A DNA stretch of 64,000 bases from an uncultured Rhodospirillales bacterium (GTDB lineage: Bacteria; Pseudomonadota; Alphaproteobacteria; Acetobacterales; Acetobacteraceae), in contig CAIQQQ010000344.1 of the NCBI GenBank assembly GCA_903873995.1, positions 22,826 through 86,825 of the forward strand, read 5' to 3'. How positions within the stretch are numbered: position 1 is the first letter of the stretch; the number at the start of each line of letters is the position of its first letter. This document shows positions 56,471 through 64,000 of this stretch, one piece after another. A program made the translations under genes and the position numbers. Below the pieces are notes generated by a model. It made no database searches. It worked only from the letters and a program-made list of their open reading frames with translations, and was not told the DNA's origin.

Positions 56471-56836
56471 CTATCGCTGAACCTTGTTGCTGTCCAACAC
56501 CTCGTGGAGCGCCGCGACCGTTTCGTGAGAGAGGGTTGGCATCATTTGCGCTACCCTGTTGGCCAGCGCTGTCTGAGCGGGACTCATGCCTGCCGTATGA
56601 AACGTCACCCGCGGATGGGACATTCGTGCCAGAGCCTGGAGCGTATCTGCCTCATCCCAGATCAGACCAAATTCGGCACAGACCTGGTGAACCAATCCAA
56701 CCCCTGGGCGGCCCCGCCTGCCGTGCTCAAGAGCCGAGAGATAAGCAGCCGAGATCTGCAGCCGTTTGGCCAGTTGAGCCTGGGTCATGCCCCTTGTTGC
56801 TCGCAATTCCCGAAGTCTGGCGCCAAACGGCGTCAT
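56471..56836 (-). CDS. XRE-family helix-turn-helix protein
   Basis: 121 aa from MTPFGARL. HTH 'MTQAQLAKRLQISAAYLSALEHG'. ATGA overlap with the Smr stop. The longer 279-aa ORF is rejected. Confidence 0.7.
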   Translation of the reverse strand: MTPFGARLRELRATRGMTQAQLAKRLQISAAYLSALEHGRRGRPGVGLVHQVCAEFGLIWDEADTLQALARMSHPRVTFHTAGMSPAQTALANRVAQMMPTLSHETVAALHEVLDSNKVQR

Positions 56837-57354
56837 TTCACGCGCCGCAGCAACAGGCGCACCGATCCAGGATTGGCGGCGTGGGGATGGCTCGCCGCCA
56901 GAACCAGCGGGCGAAGCGTCGGCTGGTTCAGCCACAACGGTAACTCGCGCCGCAGTACACCTCCCGTCTCGCCGCTGCCACGCCCGGTGATGATCTCTAC
57001 ACACCGAACACGATCGGCATGCGCTGTTTGCAGGAACTGATGAAGTGCGTGATAGGCCCTCTGTGCCGTGCGTCCGTGCAGGTCGATGGTGCGTTGAGAG
57101 GCTAGTTTGCCAGAACGGAACTTGTTCCATGTGCTGTTGTCGAGTCCGCCAGGATGAGTGTCGACCAACAATGCCACCGGGCGTTGGAGCGGCTGCCGCG
57201 ATGGAATCGTGGCGACTTTTGGCTGTGGCGCGGGACGTAACGTCTCCACGGGTGCAGGTGGCATCTCGCGGCCCGGAAGCGGCTTGATGGCCTGGGCGAA
57301 CTGCGCCCATTCCGCACGGTCATGCTCGGTGAGGCCGCGACGCCTGATCGCCAT
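56833..57354 (-). CDS. Smr-domain protein
   Basis: C-terminal 'IDLHGRTAQRAYHALHQFL...VEIITGRG' Smr domain. Start at MAIRRRG, 1 nt after the lutC stop. Confidence 0.75.
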   Translation of the reverse strand: MAIRRRGLTEHDRAEWAQFAQAIKPLPGREMPPAPVETLRPAPQPKVATIPSRQPLQRPVALLVDTHPGGLDNSTWNKFRSGKLASQRTIDLHGRTAQRAYHALHQFLQTAHADRVRCVEIITGRGSGETGGVLRRELPLWLNQPTLRPLVLAASHPHAANPGSVRLLLRRVK

Positions 57355-57355
57355 A

Positions 57356-58060
57356 TCAGCTCTGAAGCGCGCTCGAATCGTCATCCACCAGGACGACATG
57401 GAGGCGGCGTGGTCCATGCGCGCCAAGCTCCAACGTGCTTTCAATATCTGCCGAACGCGATGGCCCTGTCACCAACATGACGTTGCGCGGCATGAACCCA
57501 TCAGAGAGTTCGTCATGGCGTTCAGCCCGAAGCACGTCCCAGGCCTCTTCATAGGCGCCGACAATCCGGCTCGCACGAAGCACGACGATCGCGGTGTCGC
57601 AGAGCAGATTCAGCGTCGTTGGCCTGTCCGGCGCCGCCGGCAACATCAAGGTGCCGGTCTCAGCGATTCCGACATAACCGTGTTGAACCGACACAAGATC
57701 GGCGGCCTCGGCGCGGCCCTCACGCAGACGCAGCATGGGGCGCGCAGCCCATGGGATCGAGCGCAATTCGTCATGAGGGGCGATCACCAGCTCAGGCGGC
57801 AGGTTTTGCGCGGCGATATAGGTGGCCACCGCCTCCGGCAACTCGGCCGCGTCAGACACGCGCCGAAACGTTGCGAACTCCTTCTCCAGATTGCGCAGGA
57901 ACAGCGCGATTTGTTCGGCACGCGCCACCCGGCTACGGGCCGGGATCAGATGGCGGGGATGGGCGGATAGTCGCGCTCGGAGCGCCATCGCCTGGTCGTC
58001 CGGCAGTGCGCCACGCCGCAAGCCACGGCGGATCGCGCCGAAAATGGCTTCGCGGCTCAT
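57356..58060 (-). CDS. lutC: LutC/YkgG-family (LUD domain) lactate utilisation protein
   Basis: 234 aa. ATGA overlap with the lutB stop. The call rests on LUD-domain-like sequence and context. Confidence 0.7.
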   Translation of the reverse strand: MSREAIFGAIRRGLRRGALPDDQAMALRARLSAHPRHLIPARSRVARAEQIALFLRNLEKEFATFRRVSDAAELPEAVATYIAAQNLPPELVIAPHDELRSIPWAARPMLRLREGRAEAADLVSVQHGYVGIAETGTLMLPAAPDRPTTLNLLCDTAIVVLRASRIVGAYEEAWDVLRAERHDELSDGFMPRNVMLVTGPSRSADIESTLELGAHGPRRLHVVLVDDDSSALQS

Positions 58061-59547
58061 GACCGCTTGCTCCGTTCCAGGCGGGCATAGCGCGCGAAGA
58101 ATGTTTCACCCTCGGGCACCGGCAGATCGCGTCCACCTGTCCAGCCGCCTGCAAACGGAACGGACGCCAGGCGCCCTCGGCCGCGCCCGAGCAATGACAG
58201 CGCCTTGGCCCCGATCCGTGTGGCAAGACGATACAGCGCCGGCCGCTGTGCCACGAACGCCCACAGGCTGAGATTCGTGCGCACCGACTGAGGCGACAGG
58301 TGGCGCTCGAATTCCCGCTCTCGCCAGTGGCGCATCATCTTTGGCAGCGGGATTTTCACCGGGCACACGCTCTCGCACTTGCCACAAAAGGTAGAGGCGT
58401 TCGGTAGATGCCCGGCCTTGTCCACACCGATCAGGCTCGGCGTGAGGACCGAGCCCATCGGCCCAGGATAAACCCAGCCATACGCATGCCCGCCCACTGT
58501 CTGATAGACCGGACAGTGATTCATGCAGGCCGCGCAGCGAATGCAGCGCAACATGTCCTGGAACTCGGTACCGACCATGGCGGAGCGGCCGTTATCAACC
58601 ACCACCACGTGGTATTCTTCTGGTCCATCAAGATCGCCCGCACGGCGGCCACCGGTTGAAAAGGTGGTGTAGACCGAGAAATCCTGGCCCGTGGCCGACC
58701 GCGCCAGAAGCCGAAGCAGCGAGGTGGCGTCCTCCAGGGTCGGCACGACCTTCTCGATGCTCGCCAGCACGATATGCACCCGCGGCAGCGTCTGGGTGAG
58801 ATCGCCATTGCCCTCATTGGTCACGATCACACTGCTGCCGGTCTCGGCAATCAGGAAATTGGCGCCGGTGATGCCGACATCGGCGGCGAGGAACTTCGAG
58901 CGCAGCAGCTCGCGTGCCTCGGTCATGATGTCCTTGCGCTCGGCGAACACCCGATCAGCCGGCAGGTGGGTGTGCACCTTGCGAAAGCTCTCTTCCCAAT
59001 CCTCGCGGTTAAGGTGGAAGGCCGGGCCGATGATGTGGCTCGGGGGCTCCTTGCGGATCTGCAGGATGTATTCGCCAAGGTCGGTCTCGATCGGCTCTAT
59101 ACCGTGCTTTTCGAGGTGGTCGTTGATCGCCAGTTCTTCGCTGATCATCGACTTTCCCTTGGTGACGGTGCGGGCGCCGGCTTTGCGACAGATCTCGAGC
59201 ACGGCGGTGCGGGCGTCATCAGCGGTGCTGGCCCAGTGAACATGGCCGCCCGATTTCAGAACATTCGTTTCCCAGGTCTCAAGGTAGAAATCGAGATTGG
59301 CCAACGTGTGGTTCTTGATATCGCGCCCGATGTCGCGGAGCTGCTCGAACTCAGGCAGGGCGGCCACGGCAGCTGCACGCTTGGCAGGGTTTTGCGGACG
59401 CGTGCGGTGCAGCGCCTTCTGAAGAGACGGATCGGCCAGCGCGTGGGCCGCGTTCTCCTTGAAGGCTGGGCTGGTGGCGAGCATCGGGACAACTCCTGCG
59501 CGGCGGGCGTTCGTAGCAGATGTGTCATCGCCTGCACCGAGTGACAA
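58057..59547 (-). CDS. lutB: LutB/YkgF-family iron-sulfur lactate utilisation protein
   Basis: 496 aa. 'CIRCAACMNHCPVY' and 'CGKCESVCPVKIP' 4Fe-4S motifs. Confidence 0.88.
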   Translation of the reverse strand: MSLGAGDDTSATNARRAGVVPMLATSPAFKENAAHALADPSLQKALHRTRPQNPAKRAAAVAALPEFEQLRDIGRDIKNHTLANLDFYLETWETNVLKSGGHVHWASTADDARTAVLEICRKAGARTVTKGKSMISEELAINDHLEKHGIEPIETDLGEYILQIRKEPPSHIIGPAFHLNREDWEESFRKVHTHLPADRVFAERKDIMTEARELLRSKFLAADVGITGANFLIAETGSSVIVTNEGNGDLTQTLPRVHIVLASIEKVVPTLEDATSLLRLLARSATGQDFSVYTTFSTGGRRAGDLDGPEEYHVVVVDNGRSAMVGTEFQDMLRCIRCAACMNHCPVYQTVGGHAYGWVYPGPMGSVLTPSLIGVDKAGHLPNASTFCGKCESVCPVKIPLPKMMRHWREREFERHLSPQSVRTNLSLWAFVAQRPALYRLATRIGAKALSLLGRGRGRLASVPFAGGWTGGRDLPVPEGETFFARYARLERSKRS

Positions 59548-59574
59548 CCCGTCAGGGTCAAGCGACTGAAGCGA

Positions 59575-60387
59575 TCAGTTGCCTGGTGCGCCGATGCGAG
59601 CCACCAGCTCGTCCATGATGCTGGCCGTTTCGCCCAATGCCAGGGAATAATGGCCATGATCTTCCAGGACATTCACCCTCGACCCCGGAATGGCTCCGTA
59701 GACCCACACGCTGGCCGCCGGGATGAGATGATCGACCGTGCCTTGCCAGACTGTCGTTGAAACTCTGATGTCCTCGAGCCGGAAGCCCCATGGCCGTCCA
59801 TAGATCGAGGCATCGGTCACAGCACCTTGGATGCCTTGCTTCAGCCCTTCCCGCATCGATGCCAGCAGGGCTGCCCGGCGCTCTCGTGTCATCACCGCGC
59901 CGTCTTTGCCGGGGAGCTGGCGGCCGAACACGATCGCCTCGGCCCGGTCCGGGCTCAGGATGAACTCTCGCGCAAGACTCATGGCCGGCCGCGCCAGGGC
60001 CGGCCAGCGGCCGAACCGCATCAGCGTCGCAAGGCTGCCCGATGTCACGGCATGCGGCGGTGGCACCGGGCTAATCAAGGTGAGCGCGGAGACGAGGTCG
60101 TGCAGATAATAGGCGCAGGCAGCCGCGAGCGGTCCGCCACCGGAGACACCCACCACCGCAAAGCGCTTCAAGCCAAGATGCCGTGCAAGCAGGAGAATAT
60201 CGTTGGTGTGGTCTTTGAGCGTTGCCTTCGGGTTAGGATCGGACAGCCCATAGCCGGGTCGGTCCATCGCGATCAGCCTGACCGGCAGCGCCGGCGCCAG
60301 CCCAGCCTCCAGCCGCGAAGTGGGCCAGCCATGGCAATAGATCACGGGTGTTGCGTCCGCCGCGCCATAGACGGCAAAGCCGATCAC
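59575..60387 (-). CDS. Alpha/beta-fold hydrolase
   Basis: 270 aa. 'HGWP' oxyanion region, nucleophile elbow 'GVSGGG', and C-terminal 'DHGH'. Confidence 0.75.
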   Translation of the reverse strand: MIGFAVYGAADATPVIYCHGWPTSRLEAGLAPALPVRLIAMDRPGYGLSDPNPKATLKDHTNDILLLARHLGLKRFAVVGVSGGGPLAAACAYYLHDLVSALTLISPVPPPHAVTSGSLATLMRFGRWPALARPAMSLAREFILSPDRAEAIVFGRQLPGKDGAVMTRERRAALLASMREGLKQGIQGAVTDASIYGRPWGFRLEDIRVSTTVWQGTVDHLIPAASVWVYGAIPGSRVNVLEDHGHYSLALGETASIMDELVARIGAPGN

Positions 60388-60419
60388 CCGCTTATCGGGC
60401 AGCCGGGCGCGCTGGGCGA

Positions 60420-61199
60420 TCAGGGCGTGGGCTCGCCGATCGCCGGTGTGGCGCCGGCCATGCCTGCCAGAATCTCCGCCACATGCCGCACCTTGATGGC
60501 ACTGCCCTCGCGCGACAGCCGGCCGGCCATGTTCAGAAGGCAGCCCATATCGCCAGCCAGCAAAATGTCCGCTCCGCTGGCGACAATATCAGCTGTCTTG
60601 TCGCTCACCATGCGCACCGAGATGTCGGGGTATTTCACGCAGAAGGTGCCGCCGAAGCCGCAGCACATCTCCGGCTCCTTCATCTCCACCATCTTGAGCC
60701 CCGCCACCGAGGCCAGCAGATCGCGCGGCTGGGTCTTGATCCCCAGTTCTCGTAGGCCCGCACAGCTGTCGTGATACACGGCCGTGCCGACATAGGCGGC
60801 CTGCACCGCGATCTGCCCACGAACATCGGTGAGAAAGCTCACCAGCTCGTAGGTTCTGGACGCCAGCGCCTCGGCCCGTGCCTTGGTGTTGGGGTCGTCG
60901 TCGAACAGATGCGGCATGTGCTCGCGGATCATGCCAGCGCAGGAGCCGGACGGGACGACCACGTAATCATAGCCGCCGAACGCCTCAAGAAGGCCGCGCG
61001 CCATGGCGGCGGCGGTGGCGCGGTCGCCTGAATTATAGGCCGGCTGGCCGCAGCAGGTCTGTGCCCGCGGCACCTCCACATCGCAGCCAGCCGCCTCCAG
61101 CAGCTTGATGGCGGCGAAACCGACGCTCGGCCGGTGGAAATCCACCAGGCATGTGACAAACAGAGCAACACGGGGGCGGGGGGCGGTGATGTGGTCCAT
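60420..61199 (-). CDS. lutA: LutA/YkgE-family (CCG-domain) Fe-S oxidoreductase
   Basis: 259 aa. 'RVALFVTCLVD', 'CCGQPAYNSG' and 'MCCGFGG' CCG motifs. Confidence 0.85.
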   Translation of the reverse strand: MDHITAPRPRVALFVTCLVDFHRPSVGFAAIKLLEAAGCDVEVPRAQTCCGQPAYNSGDRATAAAMARGLLEAFGGYDYVVVPSGSCAGMIREHMPHLFDDDPNTKARAEALASRTYELVSFLTDVRGQIAVQAAYVGTAVYHDSCAGLRELGIKTQPRDLLASVAGLKMVEMKEPEMCCGFGGTFCVKYPDISVRMVSDKTADIVASGADILLAGDMGCLLNMAGRLSREGSAIKVRHVAEILAGMAGATPAIGEPTP

Positions 61200-61207
61200 G
61201 CACCTAT

Positions 61208-61987
61208 CTAGGGGCGGTTTCGCTCAGCCGCCAGACGGGCCTCGGCAATCGTCACATAGGACGGGTCTATGTCGATCCCGATGCCCCGAGCACCCTCGCG
61301 TGCCGCCGCCACCATCGTCGTTCCCGTGCCCATGAACGGATCGAGCACCAAAGCATTCTCCCGCCCGTGCAGCCGGATGCACCAGCGCGGCAGATCGACG
61401 GGGAATGTGCCGGGATGGTTGAACTTTTCGGTGCGGCTTTGCACCGTGTCATAGGGAATGAACCAGGTGTTGCCGCGGCAGCGCAGATCGGCCGGGTGTC
61501 CCCGCCGCGTGATATTGCTTTTGTCCTGATACGGCACGCCGATCGCCAGCCGGTCCAGCGTCACATCACCAGCGCGTGTAAAGTGAAAGATCGGCTCGTG
61601 CGCCTGGTGCAGGAACCGCCGGCTCGACACCGGCTTGAAATGCCCCGATGTGGCCGCCCCGATCGAGACCGACTTGATCCAGGTGATGTGGTTCTGCAGC
61701 ACGAACAGCGACCTCAACCGCACCACCAGTTCGAATGGCAACCATGGCGCGCGCGGGCTGCCGGACACGTTGAGAAAGAACGATCCATCTGGCCGGAGTA
61801 CCCGGCGCAGCTCGGTGGCCACCGACACCATCCAGTCGAGATAGGACGCCTCTCCCCGGCTGTCTTCGTAGCTGTTATAGGCGAGGCCGATGTTGTAGGG
61901 CGGTGACGTCACCACGATGTCTACGGATGCGTCGTCCAGCGTTGGAAGCACTTCCAGGCAATCGCCGCTGATCAGCCGACCCGTCAC
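61208..61987 (-). CDS. Beta-class N4/N6 DNA methyltransferase (SPPY type)
   Basis: 'DIVVTSPPYN' (motif IV) precedes 'LDPFMGTGTT' (motif I). The start is proposed at GTG 61987 overlapping the mltA TGA (GTGA). The longest ORF (to 62173) would overlap mltA by 190 nt. Confidence 0.8.
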   Translation of the reverse strand: MTGRLISGDCLEVLPTLDDASVDIVVTSPPYNIGLAYNSYEDSRGEASYLDWMVSVATELRRVLRPDGSFFLNVSGSPRAPWLPFELVVRLRSLFVLQNHITWIKSVSIGAATSGHFKPVSSRRFLHQAHEPIFHFTRAGDVTLDRLAIGVPYQDKSNITRRGHPADLRCRGNTWFIPYDTVQSRTEKFNHPGTFPVDLPRWCIRLHGRENALVLDPFMGTGTTMVAAAREGARGIGIDIDPSYVTIAEARLAAERNRP

Positions 61988-63177
61988 TCCTTGGGCAGCA
62001 GAACGAAATACCGGCCCTGCTGGCGCATCCGCCCGGCCCTGTTCTCCGCTTCTGCCCCCCAGCCCCAGAACACATCCGCCCGCACGGCGCCATGGATCGC
62101 GCCGCCGGTGTCCTGCGCGAGCATCAGCCGCTGGAGCTTCGACCCGTCCACCGGATCCGTCGTATCGAGCCACACCGGCGCTCCGAGCGGGATCACCGAG
62201 CGATCCACAGCCAGCGATCGTCCCGGCGCCAATGGTACGGAGAGCGTGCCCGGCGGGCCCTGGTCGGCCTTCACGCCAATGACTTCACGAAAAAATACGT
62301 AGGACGGATTCTTTGCCATCACGTCGCCAGCCTCGGCAGGATGAGCCCGCAGCCAGGCGCTGATCGACTGCATGGAGACCTGCTCAAGCGTCATTTCCCC
62401 GCGATCCACCAACACGCGGCCGATCGGCAGATAGGTCCTGCCATTCTGTCCGGCATAGGAAACCCGAGCGACCTTGCCATCTGGCAAGCGGATTCGGCCG
62501 GCTCCTTGAATGTGGAGAAAGAACGCATCGATCGGGTCAGCAAGCCAGATCAGCTCCAGCCGTTTGCCGGCAAGGGCACCGTGTTCAATCTCGGCGCGAT
62601 CATAATACGGCACGACATCGCCCGATGGCAGACGCCGACCCACCCGCAGCGCCGCATTCTCGCCGGCGAACGTACCCGCCTCCACCGGCACCAGATCGGC
62701 CGGTCGGGAGAGCAGCGACACCTTGTAGGCGGAGCTCGGACTGCGTGATCCCCTGATCTCCGGTTCGTAATACCCGGTGAACAATCCCATGGCGTCCTGC
62801 CCGGCCGTGACGGCGTAGGGCACGAGCCAGGCCTCGAAGAACCGGCGCGCCGCCGCGTCGTCCGTCCCGGGCACCGCACGGGCCGCATCGCAGGCCGGTT
62901 TCCATGACGCGGCCTGCCCACCCAGGGCCTCAGCCGCAGGCATACCGCCCAGCTTCGCCTCGCCGTTGAGCCTGGCATCGGCCAGATGCGCGCAGCCCGC
63001 CAGGAACGGACCGATTGCCTTGGATGTGCTGTCGGCGCTCCAACCTGGCAGCTTGTCGTAAGTGGTCCGGGTCATAACCGGCGTGCCGTCGGCCACCGGC
63101 GCCACCTTCGGCGGGATCGGCGCACAGGAGGCAACGAAAGCGGCCAGCGCAAGCGCGGCCCTCGGGGCATGCCTCAC
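61984..63177 (-). CDS. mltA: Membrane-bound lytic murein transglycosylase A
   Basis: Lipobox 'AAFVASC'. 'GYYEP', 'FFLHIQGAGRIRLPDG' and 'AQDTGGAI' MltA motifs. GTG 63177 overlaps the upstream TGA (GTGA). Confidence 0.85.
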   Translation of the reverse strand: MRHAPRAALALAAFVASCAPIPPKVAPVADGTPVMTRTTYDKLPGWSADSTSKAIGPFLAGCAHLADARLNGEAKLGGMPAAEALGGQAASWKPACDAARAVPGTDDAAARRFFEAWLVPYAVTAGQDAMGLFTGYYEPEIRGSRSPSSAYKVSLLSRPADLVPVEAGTFAGENAALRVGRRLPSGDVVPYYDRAEIEHGALAGKRLELIWLADPIDAFFLHIQGAGRIRLPDGKVARVSYAGQNGRTYLPIGRVLVDRGEMTLEQVSMQSISAWLRAHPAEAGDVMAKNPSYVFFREVIGVKADQGPPGTLSVPLAPGRSLAVDRSVIPLGAPVWLDTTDPVDGSKLQRLMLAQDTGGAIHGAVRADVFWGWGAEAENRAGRMRQQGRYFVLLPKE

Positions 63178-63905
63178 GCGCTGCGGGCCGCAATCAGGCG
63201 CCACGCCGGATCGGCGGTCGCCAGATCCCGCTCGAAGCTCCACAGGTCAACAATCTCCGTTACCGCGTCCGTCCCCGCCACTGGCACGCCATCTGCGCCC
63301 ACGGTGATGTTCACCTGATCGGACACGAACCGCACGGTGATCACGGCGGTGGTGCCGTGGAGCTCGGCCTGCTCGATGTCGGCTTTCGCGATCGCGCGGA
63401 TCTCGGTCCGCTGTGTCTGCTCAGCCGCCTCGCGCGCGGCGATCGCCGCTTCGAAGGCGCGATAGGTGTCAGCGGACAGAAGCGGATGCAGGGTGGTGCG
63501 CTCACCGTTGGCAAACGCCGTCACAATGATCCTGAAGGCAGCCTCCGCCCCCCCCAAAAACCTCTGTGGCGTGAAGGTCCGGTCCGTGTGCGCCATCGCG
63601 GCAAGGGCAAGGCCCAGCGGTGTCGCCGGATCGGGCAAGGGGCGGTCCTGCGGTGCGGCCGGCTCCACGGTTGCCTCGATCACCGGGGCTTCGACACCAC
63701 GGCGCCCCATCGGCACCACATTGGAGGGTGCCGCCGGCTCGGCCGGTCGTTCATAGCCCGTTCGCTTGCCCAGGATGCTCATCAGCCGCAGCACCAGAAA
63801 CACCGCCACCATGCCGAACAGCACCAAATCAATCGGAAACCCGCCGCCCATGCCTCGCTCCCGCGAAAACCAACCCTGCACATAGGGCTCGTCCGCCCGC
63901 CGCAC
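63174..63905 (-). CDS. Tim44-like domain membrane protein
   Basis: N-terminal transmembrane segment ('IDLVLFGMVAVFLVLRL') and a C-terminal Tim44-like domain ending 'WRLIAARSA'. The start is probably MGGGF at 63851. Confidence 0.7.
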   Translation of the reverse strand: MRRADEPYVQGWFSRERGMGGGFPIDLVLFGMVAVFLVLRLMSILGKRTGYERPAEPAAPSNVVPMGRRGVEAPVIEATVEPAAPQDRPLPDPATPLGLALAAMAHTDRTFTPQRFLGGAEAAFRIIVTAFANGERTTLHPLLSADTYRAFEAAIAAREAAEQTQRTEIRAIAKADIEQAELHGTTAVITVRFVSDQVNITVGADGVPVAGTDAVTEIVDLWSFERDLATADPAWRLIAARSA

Positions 63906-63972
63906 AATCTGTAATCAAACAGCCCGCGGCACAGCATTGCGCCAGCGGATTCGGGCCGCTAACAAACGGTTC

Positions 63973-64000
63973 ATGATCCTGCTGCGCCATGGCCAGAGCG
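63973..64000 (+). CDS. Start of a histidine-phosphatase (phosphoglycerate-mutase-like) gene, truncated by the window edge
   Basis: ATG ATC CTG CTG CGC CAT GGC CAG AGC gives MILLRHGQS, the RHG catalytic motif. Only 9 codons are visible. Confidence 0.35.

Noticed and set aside
56837-57310. N-terminal 158 aa of the 279-aa ORF 56471-57310
   Set aside because: This part overlaps the Smr-domain gene in another frame and is Arg/Ser/Thr-rich with no motif. The HTH protein begins at the ATG that overlaps the Smr stop.

Overview
The window looks like a high-GC (about 60-65% by eye) alphaproteobacterial chromosomal core segment. Lineage markers are ctrA, chvI/chvG, an alphaproteobacterial Mic60 homologue between hemD and hemY, and hemE placed divergently from an RP001/DUF299 gene. 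It is densely packed with housekeeping genes: nusG, fliI/fliJ, nadK, tsaD-rlmJ-gpsA, murJ, trpS, recR, glnD, mutS, maeB, argG, ahcY, rho, hemJ/hemH/hemE, maf, lutABC, mltA and one tRNA-Leu(UAA). I saw no transposase, integrase, CRISPR array or rRNA. The strongest non-coding signal is the 305-bp hemE/DUF299 intergenic region (54675-54979), which I call the probable chromosomal replication origin. It has DnaA-box-like 9-mers, a 26% GC stretch with a palindrome, two GANTC sites and a thrice-repeated ATCCCCGCT motif. Other notable items follow. (1) A markedly AT-rich three-gene glycan/methyl-transfer island next to fliIJ-ctrA. (2) A signal-peptide protein built from eight 27-bp tandem repeats. (3) A dctA gene with an in-frame TAG at a conserved Gln codon. 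(4) An apparently orphan SPPY-type DNA methyltransferase that appears translationally coupled to mltA. (5) A lutA-hydrolase-lutBC block lying between mltA and an Smr-XRE pair. (6) nusG not followed by rplK. None of these is demonstrably a new system from sequence alone. All functional calls rest on motif and family recognition by eye, with no database search, and start codons are often uncertain. Many long ORFs in the track are antisense shadow ORFs typical of high-GC DNA.
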